Positions 36,689-45,633 are shown, counted from the stretch's first letter. The stretch is 64,000 bases of DNA from an uncultured Oscillospiraceae bacterium (GCA_964390145.1 CAYMHB010000002.1:33714-97713), one strand, 5' to 3'. Notes: generated by a model from the letters alone, not told the origin. Numbers and translations: made by a program.

Positions 36689-37609
36689 TTACTTCGTATC
36701 TTTTGATGCAGTTTCCTTTGCAGCAGAGGATGCTTTGGTATAACCGTAAGCCTTGCTTCCGTAGCCATATCCTCTACTGTAACCGTAACCATTGCCATAA
36801 CCATAGCCGTATCCGTATCCGTAGTAGCCTCTGCCATAATATCTTCCCTTGCCGCGACGGAAATAGCCCTGTTTACCGTAATGCTGACCCATCTTGATAT
36901 CCGTGAGTCTGCCGTTTAATACAAAGCCAATGATATTTGCATTAACAAACGAAAGTTTCTTGATTGCTTCCGCAACGTTTTCCTTGTCTGTTCTACCCTG
37001 TCTTACAACCAGAACTATACCGTGAGCCATCTTAGAAAGAACTGCTGTGTCAGTTACAAGGTTGATGGGAGATGTATCAAGGAAAATATATTCATAAATC
37101 TCAGAAAGTCTGTCAAGTGTTTCCTGCATTGCACTGCTGCCGAGAAGTTCAGCAGGATTCGGAGGCATATCACCGGAGGGAACAACATCAAGGTTGGGAT
37201 ATTCAGAATGAACTATAACAGAATCTATTGTATTAAGATTTGCCAGAACATTAGAAAGACCCGGAGATGACTGAATATTAAGAAGATTTGCAATATTGGG
37301 TTTTCTAAGGTCACAGTCAACCAAAAGTACTTTTGCACCTGTCTGTGCAAATGAAATTGCAATATTAAGACAGTTTGTACTCTTACCTTCGCCCGCAAGA
37401 GCGCTTGTAACAATTATTCTTTTTGCTCCGTCATGAGGAATAGCAAATACAATATTTGTACGAAGTGCCTTGTAAGCCTCTTTTACATGGAATGAACTTT
37501 TGTCATTAAGAATTCTTGCCCTTTTTACGATGAGGGGCGAGCTTGTTGCTGCACTTTTTTTCACTAACTTTGCGGGGATTTTTCTCATATTTGAAATAAA
37601 ATTAGCCAT
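36689..37609 (-). CDS. BY-kinase catalytic subunit (CpsD/YwqD-like) with extended Gly-Tyr tail
   Basis: Walker A GEGKST, Walker A' VLLVDCDLRKP and a C-terminal Tyr cluster. Confidence 0.9.
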   Translation of the reverse strand: MANFISNMRKIPAKLVKKSAATSSPLIVKRARILNDKSSFHVKEAYKALRTNIVFAIPHDGAKRIIVTSALAGEGKSTNCLNIAISFAQTGAKVLLVDCDLRKPNIANLLNIQSSPGLSNVLANLNTIDSVIVHSEYPNLDVVPSGDMPPNPAELLGSSAMQETLDRLSEIYEYIFLDTSPINLVTDTAVLSKMAHGIVLVVRQGRTDKENVAEAIKKLSFVNANIIGFVLNGRLTDIKMGQHYGKQGYFRRGKGRYYGRGYYGYGYGYGYGNGYGYSRGYGYGSKAYGYTKASSAAKETASKDTK

Positions 37610-37635
37610 TTTTCTTCCTCCTTCCCAATACTGCT

Positions 37636-38391
37636 TTATTGATATACGTTTTCTTCAACCAGAGACTCGTCGTAAGATATGTTGATTTCGGGAATTGCAC
37701 CCAAAACGGGCAACTTGAATCTTGCAACAAGGTCGTCCGCTGATTTTACACGCACATCGAAAAGTTCCTTAAGAAGAATGAATGAAATGCTGAGAATAAG
37801 TCCCAGAAGTGCACCGAGAATTGTGTTGTTACGCACGTTGGGAGATACGGGACTTTGTGAGGTTTCCGCTTCATCAATAATTTTTACATCGCTTCGATCA
37901 ATAAACTTCCGAATTTTTTCGGGTGCAACACCTGCAATTATGTTTGCAATTTCTCTGGACTTCATCCTGTCGGGTGTTCTGACTGACACTCGAATAATTT
38001 CAGTATTTGTCACAGCCTCAACAGTGATCATTTTCTTGAGCTGTCCAACCGTAATCTTTTCGTCGATATGTCTTTCTCTGACAACGGATTTGACTTCACC
38101 CAAAACATTATTACTCTTAATCATTTCAATATATGTAGGAACGAGCTGCTGAGAAGCAACGATATCACTTGAAAGAGTTTTTGTTTCCACAACCTCTTCT
38201 GTGCCGCCTCTCCTGTTGTTAACATACATTGTTATACTTGATTCGTATTTTGGCGTGATGAAGAATCGGCTGAGAGCAAAGGTTATCATACCGAAAACAA
38301 TTGTTATTATAACGATTGACACGATTCTCTCAAGAAGGATTTCCACCATTCGTTTTATATCTACCTGTTCAATATCATTTGAAGTGTTCAT
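37636..38391 (-). CDS. Wzz/CpsC-like chain-length determinant, BY-kinase modulator
   Basis: Two TM helices flank a Wzz-like domain. GGAGGG RBS before the ATG at 38391. Confidence 0.85.
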   Translation of the reverse strand: MNTSNDIEQVDIKRMVEILLERIVSIVIITIVFGMITFALSRFFITPKYESSITMYVNNRRGGTEEVVETKTLSSDIVASQQLVPTYIEMIKSNNVLGEVKSVVRERHIDEKITVGQLKKMITVEAVTNTEIIRVSVRTPDRMKSREIANIIAGVAPEKIRKFIDRSDVKIIDEAETSQSPVSPNVRNNTILGALLGLILSISFILLKELFDVRVKSADDLVARFKLPVLGAIPEINISYDESLVEENVYQ

Positions 38392-38470
38392 TTGATTTCC
38401 CTCCACAAATAAATATGCACTTTATTATAATATGAAACTACTGTTTTTGTCAATAGCAAGGGTGCCTTTT

Positions 38471-38938
38471 TTAAAGTTTTTCGTAATATTCATCTATACC
38501 TTCCGCGTGGTTATTATAAGCATCTACTGCCAATGTATCACAAATCTCGTTATACTTGTTTCCGGCGTGCCCCTTCACCCAGACAAAGTTCACGTTGTGA
38601 GTCTGGGTAAGCCTTACTATTTCAGCCCACAAATCCGTGTTGAGCACGCTTTTTTTATCCGCTTTTTTCCACCCGTTTTTCTGCCACGCATCGAGCCATT
38701 TCTGATTGATTGCATCTGTCAGGTACTTAGAGTCGCTGTAAAGGGTTACATTGCAAGGTTCTTTCAGCAGTCTGAGAGCCTCAATCGCAGCTAAAAGTTC
38801 CATTCGGTTATTTGTTGTTTTTCGGAAGCCGCGGCTTATCTGCTTTTCGTTTCCGTTGTAAATAAGCACTGCTCCGAATCCACCTTTTCCGGGGTTTCCC
38901 GTGCAGGCTCCATCCGTATAAATTTCTACGTTTTTCAC
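38471..38938 (-). CDS. rnhA: Ribonuclease HI
   Basis: Contains YTDGACTGNPGKGGFG and the TNNRMEL motif. Confidence 0.9.
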   Translation of the reverse strand: MKNVEIYTDGACTGNPGKGGFGAVLIYNGNEKQISRGFRKTTNNRMELLAAIEALRLLKEPCNVTLYSDSKYLTDAINQKWLDAWQKNGWKKADKKSVLNTDLWAEIVRLTQTHNVNFVWVKGHAGNKYNEICDTLAVDAYNNHAEGIDEYYEKL

Positions 38939-39038
38939 ATTCGCACTTCCTATGCCTTACATAATTTTGAAGCGTATTTCAGTTCAAAATGAAACCGAAA
39001 GGTTGCTGCATTTTTGCAACAACCTTTCTTTTTGACAA

Positions 39039-39983
39039 TTAGTTTGATACCTGAGTAATTGCAGGAACAAGCACCGCTCTGTCGGGAGTAGCATAAAATG
39101 AGCCCAATGTACCGTCTGCATACATCTTTACAAGTTCAAAGGGATTCTTCCTGATTAAAACACGTGTTCCGAGTCCGATAGCGTAAACTCTGCCATACTG
39201 ACCTGAATTGAATGATGCCTTTTTACCGCGGATTACTATTCTTTCACAGGTGCAGTTATCAAAGTTAACCATTGTTTCAACGCCGTCACCAATGTAGATG
39301 GCGCCGTTATTCACAACACCGTTTAAGTTTACATTGTTTGCTCTGATGAGAACATTGCCTTCGGGAAGAGATGTATAATCGCCTTCCTGATCGATGTATG
39401 TTGTAACGATTTTGTCCATAAGCTGTGCAAATTCAAGACGTGTCATCGGGTCAAGAGGTCTTATGTACTGAACTTCACCAAGGCAGTATGTTGCAAGTGC
39501 ACTTACCTCTTTCTTTGCCCAGTCTGCAACAAGTTCACCGTCTGAATAGGTTTTCAGTACACCTTCACGGGAATCGGGAATATTGAAAATTCTATAAAGA
39601 ACGATAAACGCTTCCTGTCTTGTAATTGAATTGTTAGGATTGAGCTGTGATTTGTCATCACCCTTGAAAGCGCCCATAGAAACCGCCTTCTGCATAGCCT
39701 CATAGTACCAGTCGTCTTCCTGAACATCAACAAAACCTGATATATCTTCCTTGTCCTGAGCATTCATGGCGCGGGCAAAAATTGTTGCCATCTGCGCACG
39801 TGTGATAGGTGTATTGGGCTGTATTGTTCCATCTTCAAATCCCTGAAGAAGTCCATTATCAACTGCCCTTTGCAAAACTTCGCCGTCTGCACCTTCGGGC
39901 ATATCGGAAAATGCTGCAAATACGCCTGTGGAAAGGCTTAACACCATTACGAGAGTCAGCACAATAACTGTTAATTTTTTCAT
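39039..39983 (-). CDS. Secreted SLH-domain protein
   Basis: Signal peptide MKKLTVIVLTLVMVLSLSTGVFA followed by three SLH-like repeats (..ITRAQMATIFARA.., ..ITRQEAFIVLYR.., ..MTRLEFAQLMDK..). Confidence 0.82.
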   Translation of the reverse strand: MKKLTVIVLTLVMVLSLSTGVFAAFSDMPEGADGEVLQRAVDNGLLQGFEDGTIQPNTPITRAQMATIFARAMNAQDKEDISGFVDVQEDDWYYEAMQKAVSMGAFKGDDKSQLNPNNSITRQEAFIVLYRIFNIPDSREGVLKTYSDGELVADWAKKEVSALATYCLGEVQYIRPLDPMTRLEFAQLMDKIVTTYIDQEGDYTSLPEGNVLIRANNVNLNGVVNNGAIYIGDGVETMVNFDNCTCERIVIRGKKASFNSGQYGRVYAIGLGTRVLIRKNPFELVKMYADGTLGSFYATPDRAVLVPAITQVSN

Positions 39984-40025
39984 TTTTATGTACTCCTTGT
40001 ATATAAAATTTAACTTAATATGTAG

Positions 40026-40203
40026 CCCCGCAGTGCCGTTTAACACGGATTATTCTAAACCTGCATGTGCAGGTGGGTGACTTGCTCACCGCTTATGGGT
40101 TTCTCTCTGCAAATGGAGAGCCTACACGCCACGGCAAGACGACTCAGTCTCCCTTAATAGATGTGTTGGTTAAAATAAATCCTTTATTGCGCACACCGCA
40201 GGG
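40026..40203 (-). ncRNA. Structured G+C-rich 5' leader of the SLH gene (candidate cis-regulatory RNA, class unknown)
   Basis: Closing helix CCCUGCGGUG/CACUGCGGGG, a second 12-bp helix and at least three internal hairpins. It lies downstream of a TTGATA-17-TATAAT promoter. Confidence 0.4.
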
Positions 40204-40211
40204 ATGAGTTC

Positions 40212-40240
40212 ATTATAACATGCTTTCGTGTAAATATCAA
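40212..40240 (-). promoter_or_regulatory. Sigma-A type promoter for the SLH-gene leader
   Basis: On the minus strand: TTGATA (40240-40235), 17-bp spacer, TATAAT (40217-40212). Confidence 0.5.
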
Positions 40241-40500
40241 TCTAAAAACTCAAATTCGTCCTTGTTGTTTTCCTTAAAAATATTGTAAACTTTGTCAAAA
40301 AGTGCACCGTCGTCAATACCTTCAAGCATTTCTTCCCCATCAACCTCGACAAGCTTCATAATGAAAACTTCGCCGTCGATTTCTTCGCTGTCTGTTGCAG
40401 GGATAAGCATAAAGTATGTTTCTCCGTCAAGTTCTACCGTGTCTAAAAATTCGTATTCTTCCTCAACAGTTTCAAAAATGTCTTTTGTATTGTCTGCCAT
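40237..40500 (-). CDS. DUF1292 (YrzB-like) acidic protein
   Basis: 87 aa, highly acidic, with the pattern ..DGETYFMLIP.. It sits directly downstream of ruvX, as in other Firmicutes. Confidence 0.82.
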   Translation of the reverse strand: MADNTKDIFETVEEEYEFLDTVELDGETYFMLIPATDSEEIDGEVFIMKLVEVDGEEMLEGIDDGALFDKVYNIFKENNKDEFEFLD

Positions 40501-40523
40501 TTTGATTACTCCTTTTTATTTAA

Positions 40524-40931
40524 TTATATTGAATCAAGATATCCCTGCAGTATGATTACTGCCGCAATCTTGTCAACTTTTGTTTTTCTCTTTTTTCCGC
40601 TGACGCCGCCGCTTTCAAGTATTCTGTGCGCCTCGGTACTTGAAAGACGCTCGTCCCACATAATATACGGGATGCCTGTAAGTTCAGATAAATCACGGGC
40701 AAACTGCTCGGTATATTCTGCGCGGTGACCAAGTGTTCCGTCCATACGTTTAGGATTCCCGACAACTATCTTCTCCACACCATGCAATTTCGCAACGGAA
40801 GCAGTTTTTTCAAGCTGAAGGGTGCGGTCTTTTTCACAAATGGTGTCAAGAGGATTTGCAAGCATTCCGAGAGCGTCACTCACTGCAACGCCAATCCTCG
40901 CCTCGCCATAGTCAATACCCAAAATTTTCAT
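40524..40931 (-). CDS. ruvX: YqgF/RuvX putative pre-16S rRNA nuclease
   Basis: MKILGIDYGEARIGVAVSD N-terminus. Confidence 0.92.
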   Translation of the reverse strand: MKILGIDYGEARIGVAVSDALGMLANPLDTICEKDRTLQLEKTASVAKLHGVEKIVVGNPKRMDGTLGHRAEYTEQFARDLSELTGIPYIMWDERLSSTEAHRILESGGVSGKKRKTKVDKIAAVIILQGYLDSI

Positions 40932-41059
40932 AATTACTCACCATGGTTATTGAAATACTAGTCAAAATTTCTGACTTAAAGCCAAACAGTGTCTAACTAC
41001 TGTATACTTATTGATTATAACATATAAAGTTTCCTTTTGCAAGATATTTATACAACAAG

Positions 41060-41095
41060 AAAAACGGGATTCTTCTTAGAAAGAATCCCGTTTTA
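41060..41095 (-). terminator. Rho-independent terminator after the SSB-like gene
   Basis: AACGGGATTCTT..AAGAATCCCGTT stem flanked by A- and T-runs. Confidence 0.65.
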
Positions 41096-41096
41096 T

Positions 41097-41714
41097 TCAT
41101 GCTAATTTTTCGATTTTGGTAATTGACAGTTCATATGCAGTCCGCTGCTCGGTTTCTTCTTCGGAAATACGCTTATTGTAGTTTCTTGACTGCAGTCTTC
41201 CCCACAGCATAACATTACTGCCGACCTCAAGATTTTCGCTGAAGACAGCGTTTCTTCCCCACGCGATTGCGGGAATGTAATCCGAGCGGTTGAAAGCACG
41301 GTTTACCGCTACAATAAGGTCGGTAATTTCCCTGCCGAACGGAGTTCGTCTGTAAATAGGAGCTTTGCATATAAATCCGTTTATAAAAATCTCGTTGGGA
41401 TTATCCGTATCGTCTTCACAAGCGGGAGCAATCCCTTTTGCAAACACCGTAAGTATAAGGCGGGTTTTAAGGGATGTGTATTTATTATAGCTGCGAAGCT
41501 GCCCCTTGACTTTTATTTTATTGCCTTCCTGAATCAGCATACTGTCAAACTGATGCTCTCCTATCGTAACGGGGAGGATGTCGTCATTTTGGGAAAGGCG
41601 GGGAACCCTGAGCATAAAGGTATAGAATTTTTCGTCAAGGACACTGTGGCTGTAGGTCGCTTCGGTTTCAACGGTTCCGGTTAATGTAATTATATTATTT
41701 TCCAAGTCGTACAA
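41097..41714 (-). CDS. Tandem OB-fold, SSB-like protein without acidic tail
   Basis: Two SSB-like halves: NIITLTGTV...KVKGQLRSYN and NEIFINGFI...AVNR...IAWGRNA...LWGRLQSRNY. Confidence 0.62.
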   Translation of the reverse strand: MYDLENNIITLTGTVETEATYSHSVLDEKFYTFMLRVPRLSQNDDILPVTIGEHQFDSMLIQEGNKIKVKGQLRSYNKYTSLKTRLILTVFAKGIAPACEDDTDNPNEIFINGFICKAPIYRRTPFGREITDLIVAVNRAFNRSDYIPAIAWGRNAVFSENLEVGSNVMLWGRLQSRNYNKRISEEETEQRTAYELSITKIEKLA

Positions 41715-41825
41715 CTCCTTTTATATGTATGTTTTTAATTATATTCAGCATATTGGATATATATACCAAAAATAATATGAATATCTCCAAATTTGATATA
41801 TATACATATAAAAGAGGTGGTTTAT

Positions 41826-42551
41826 ATGATTTTTATTCCTCGCAGAAAAATCGTTGTTTTTGCGGTTTTTATTGTTATGCTGTCGTTTATTACTGCAACC
41901 ATACACTATAAGAGCGCTGATGTTTTTGGAGGTAAAACTACAAAATGTATAGTTCTTGACGCGGGGCACGGGCTTCCTGACGGCGGAGCTATCGGAATGA
42001 TCGGAACAATCGAAAGTGTGGTTAACCTTGAAATAGCGAAAAGAACAAAGGGACTTTTAGAAAAAAAAGGATACAAAGTTATTATGACGCGGAACGATGA
42101 GAATTCAATATATGAAGAAGGAAAAAGCATTTCAGAAAAAAAGAAAAACGATATGAAAAAGAGGCTTGATATAATAAATTCGTCAGATGCAGATATGTTT
42201 GTAAGTATACATATGAATAAGTTCACCTCTCCTGCTTACTGCGGCGCACAGGTGATTTATTCGGGTAATTTTAAAGAGTCGGAAATTCTGGCAAGGCTTA
42301 TTCAGAAAGAGCTTCATAAAGTGCCCGAAAACAAATCAAAGAGAGAGCATCTCAAAGCACCAAGCGGAATTTTTCTGCTGAAAAACGCGACTATTCCCGC
42401 TGTCATTGTCGAGTGTGGATTTCTCTCAAATTTCGACGAAGAGAAGCTGCTGAACACAAAAGAATATCAAAAAAGCCTTGCAAAAGCGATTGTAAAAGGC
42501 ATAGAAAATTATTATGAAAGGGACGTCAAAAATGAAAATATTCGTAACTGA
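41826..42551 (+). CDS. cwlD: N-acetylmuramoyl-L-alanine amidase, CwlD-like (germination-specific)
   Basis: N-terminal TM helix, VLDAGHG, SIHMN and VIVECGFLSN motifs. Confidence 0.82.
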   Translation: MIFIPRRKIVVFAVFIVMLSFITATIHYKSADVFGGKTTKCIVLDAGHGLPDGGAIGMIGTIESVVNLEIAKRTKGLLEKKGYKVIMTRNDENSIYEEGKSISEKKKNDMKKRLDIINSSDADMFVSIHMNKFTSPAYCGAQVIYSGNFKESEILARLIQKELHKVPENKSKREHLKAPSGIFLLKNATIPAVIVECGFLSNFDEEKLLNTKEYQKSLAKAIVKGIENYYERDVKNENIRN

Positions 42552-43287
42552 CAAATACAGGGTGCTGACATTTATGCTTATATGCGCAGTAATAGGAATC
42601 GGTGCAATACTAAGCAGTAGCGGCGATGAGACAGTCTCAACAACTCCAAAAATTACCCCCATTTACGCCGTGGAGCGCAGTGATAATAAAATCGCCATTA
42701 CATTTGATTGTGCGTGGGGCAGCGATGATATTGATTCAATTCTGGAGACGCTTAAAAAGCATAATTGCAAAGCGACATTTTTCGTTCTCGGCACCTGGGC
42801 GGAAAAGAACGCAGATGCCATGAAAAAAATTGTCTCCGGCGGTCACGAAATCGGGAATCACAGCTATAATCACACGCACTACACTACTCTTTCCAAAGAA
42901 AAAATGCTTGAGGATATAAAAAAAGCAAATGATGCAATTAAAAATTCGTGCAACGTCACCCCCGCCCTTTTCCGCGCGCCGTCGGGAGATTATAACAACA
43001 GCGTTATCGAGGTATGCCACGGTGCTCAAATGGAATACATACAGTGGTCGGTTGATTCACTTGACTGGCGAAATCTCAACTGCAATCAGATGCTGGAGCG
43101 AATTATCCCGAAAACAAAAAGCGGAGATATACTGCTGTTCCATAATGGAACTGTCCACACCGCAGAAAGCCTTGACAAAATACTTTCTGCACTTGGCGAA
43201 AAGGGATTTTCTTTTTTGAAGGTGTCAGACCTTATTTATAAAGAGAATTACACAATCGACCACACGGGTAGGCAGATAAAGAACTAA
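42532..43287 (+). CDS. Polysaccharide deacetylase (PdaA/PdaB-like, NodB domain)
   Basis: Contains TFDCAWG, HEIGNHSYNH and a LLFHNG motif. It overlaps the cwlD end by 20 nt. Confidence 0.85.
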   Translation: MKIFVTDKYRVLTFMLICAVIGIGAILSSSGDETVSTTPKITPIYAVERSDNKIAITFDCAWGSDDIDSILETLKKHNCKATFFVLGTWAEKNADAMKKIVSGGHEIGNHSYNHTHYTTLSKEKMLEDIKKANDAIKNSCNVTPALFRAPSGDYNNSVIEVCHGAQMEYIQWSVDSLDWRNLNCNQMLERIIPKTKSGDILLFHNGTVHTAESLDKILSALGEKGFSFLKVSDLIYKENYTIDHTGRQIKN

Positions 43288-43290
43288 CTA

Positions 43291-43329
43291 AAACAGGCAG
43301 GGGTTCAATGAGAACCCCTGCCTGTTTTT
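43291..43329. terminator. Bidirectional rho-independent terminator
   Basis: ACAGGCAGGGGTT..AACCCCTGCCTGT stem with flanking A- and T-runs. Confidence 0.75.
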
Positions 43330-43354
43330 AAGGCGAACAAATAAGTTTTCTAAA

Positions 43355-43558
43355 CTACTCTTCTTTATTTTTTAAATATTCTTCTTCATCTACGACAATT
43401 ATCCCATATCGACCGATATCATCCCAGTATAATTCTGAATAAGGGCTCTCACATATCCATATTTCATCATTATCAGGATGGGGTCTTGATTTGGGTTGAT
43501 AGTAGCATCCGCTTAATAGAATTGCGCATACAATTAGGGCAACTGTACTTTTTCTCAT
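43355..43558 (-). CDS. Small putative lipoprotein
   Basis: 67 aa with lipobox LLSGC after a hydrophobic signal. No family recognised. Confidence 0.55.
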   Translation of the reverse strand: MRKSTVALIVCAILLSGCYYQPKSRPHPDNDEIWICESPYSELYWDDIGRYGIIVVDEEEYLKNKEE

Positions 43559-43715
43559 ATTCTCGCCTCACTCCCAAAGAAACATTTGTTCGCATTTTTT
43601 TGTTTTATCGTAGCATACCCTGTGTCGAAAATCAATACCACTTATCAAAATAGCAGGCTAAAAAAACATTGATTATCATTTGGCTTTTTGGTATAATCAG
43701 TTAAGGTGATAATTG

Positions 43716-44849
43716 ATGAAATTGAAAAAGATAAATTTCTTTTCAGACAAAACAGATATGGTGCTCCTGATAAGCAGTATTCTTGCGGCGCTCATCGGGA
43801 TTTTTGTAATAAACAGTGCGGCATGGACGCTTGACGGACATATAAAGCACGTGCTTGTGCAGAGTTTTGCGCTTATCCTCGGTATAGGCGCAATGAGTGG
43901 CGTAATATTTTTCAGTTACAAGTATTTTGAGAAGTTAAGGTTTCTGATTTTTGCCGTCGGAATCGGACTTTTGATACTTGTTCTTGCAATCGGCAAACTT
44001 TCCAACGGAACGCAGGGCTGGATTGTACTGGGTCCGCTCTCTCTTCAGCCGTCAGAAATAGCAAAAATCTGCTTTATAATCACACTTTCGCTTCATATAT
44101 CTAAAAATTATGAAAGCATCAACAACATAAAAACACTGATAGGGCTTGTGGTTCACCTTGCCTTTTATGTGGTTCCCGTCTTGCTTCAGCCCGACTTTGG
44201 TACTGCGATGGTTTTCGTTGTTATATTCGCGTTTGAACTCTTTTTCGCGGGGATTTACAAAAAATATATTTTATGGGTAGCGGGCGTATGCGCTGTTATC
44301 TCCCCCGTAATATGGTTTCTGCTTGAAGAATATCAGAAAAACAGAATTATATCTCTCTTCTTCCCTGAAAAAGACCCCACGGGAAGCGGTTACCACGTTC
44401 TTCAGTCAAAGCTTGCAATCGGCAGCGGTATGTTCTGGGGACGCGGATACCTTAAGGGGCCGCAGACTCAATACGGATATATTCCCGAAAAACAGACCGA
44501 CTTTGTTTTCTCGGTAATCGGTGAAGAACTTGGTCTTATCGGTGCAATTTTCGTTGCGGTACTTTTATTTTTAATTGTATATCGTTGTTTTGACAATGCA
44601 AAAAGTTGTGCGCACGACCCATTTGGCGAAATGATTTGTATAGGCGTCGGCTCGATGATGTTTTTCCATATTTTTGAAAACATCGGGATGTGCCTTGGAC
44701 TTATGCCGATTACGGGTATTCCGCTGCCGTTTATAAGTTATGGCGGAAGCAACCTTGTAACCTGTTTTATCGCGGTAGGGCTGGTACAGAATGTCCGTAT
44801 GCGGCGAAGAGCAACAAAATTTGATTTTGATGTTGAACCAACTGAATGA
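43716..44849 (+). CDS. SEDS-family peptidoglycan polymerase (FtsW/RodA/SpoVE)
   Basis: Polytopic protein with SEIAK, a GSGYHVLQSKLAIGSG.. loop and GIPLPFISYGGS. Confidence 0.9.
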   Translation: MKLKKINFFSDKTDMVLLISSILAALIGIFVINSAAWTLDGHIKHVLVQSFALILGIGAMSGVIFFSYKYFEKLRFLIFAVGIGLLILVLAIGKLSNGTQGWIVLGPLSLQPSEIAKICFIITLSLHISKNYESINNIKTLIGLVVHLAFYVVPVLLQPDFGTAMVFVVIFAFELFFAGIYKKYILWVAGVCAVISPVIWFLLEEYQKNRIISLFFPEKDPTGSGYHVLQSKLAIGSGMFWGRGYLKGPQTQYGYIPEKQTDFVFSVIGEELGLIGAIFVAVLLFLIVYRCFDNAKSCAHDPFGEMICIGVGSMMFFHIFENIGMCLGLMPITGIPLPFISYGGSNLVTCFIAVGLVQNVRMRRRATKFDFDVEPTE

Positions 44850-44852
44850 AGT

Positions 44853-44888
44853 AAAAAACGCATTTGAGGATTTCTCAAATGCGTTTTT
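44853..44888. terminator. Bidirectional rho-independent terminator
   Basis: AACGCATTTGAG/CTCAAATGCGTT stem with A- and T-runs, between convergent genes. Confidence 0.75.
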
Positions 44889-44890
44889 AT

Positions 44891-45622
44891 TTATATTGTA
44901 GGTTCAAACATCGGCATCATCTGCAGTTTAAACAGATTCATTTTGTGAAGTCGGTCAATCTTTGCCTTGATTTCCAAATCTTCGATTTCGCCTGTGCGGA
45001 TATATTTATCAAGCATTGCGTAGGTAAAGCCGAGGTTTTCCTCGTCAGTCTTTCCACAAAGTCCGTCAATCGGAGTTTTATCAACAAGGTCTGTAGGAAG
45101 CCCCAAAAGTCTGCCGATTTGTTTAAGCTCGGTTACGGTAATCTTCGCAAGAGGCGAAAAGTCGCCTGCCGCATCGCCGTAGCGGGTGGAGTAGCCTACA
45201 TAGTCTTCCGACAGGTTGCAGGTATTTGCAACTCTGCCGTTAAAGCATTGCGATACGGCGTAAAGTGTTGCCATTCTTATTCTTGGGGGAAGGTTTGTGT
45301 TTGCCTGAGGGGTAAGAGTGATTTCCTCGGGAAATGCGCCCTTGAGTCCTTCTATTGCATCCTTTACATTTACTACGAAATGCTTTATTCCAAGATGCTC
45401 AACAAGTTTGTATGAGCAGGATATGTCTGCCTGTTCTCCGCACGGCATAAGGACACCTATCACGCGTTCCTTCCCCAATGCTTCGACGCAAAGCGCCGCA
45501 ACGATAGAGCTGTCTTTTCCGCCTGAAATTCCTACGATGGCGTTACATCCTTTTCCGTTTTCCTCGAAGAAATTTCTTATCCATTCCACACATTCGTTTT
45601 TTACTTTAAGTGCATCAAACAT
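44891..45622 (-). CDS. nadE: NH3-dependent NAD+ synthetase
   Basis: GISGGKDSS PP-loop; 243 aa. Confidence 0.92.
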   Translation of the reverse strand: MFDALKVKNECVEWIRNFFEENGKGCNAIVGISGGKDSSIVAALCVEALGKERVIGVLMPCGEQADISCSYKLVEHLGIKHFVVNVKDAIEGLKGAFPEEITLTPQANTNLPPRIRMATLYAVSQCFNGRVANTCNLSEDYVGYSTRYGDAAGDFSPLAKITVTELKQIGRLLGLPTDLVDKTPIDGLCGKTDEENLGFTYAMLDKYIRTGEIEDLEIKAKIDRLHKMNLFKLQMMPMFEPTI

Positions 45623-45633
45623 AGTTTTTCCTC

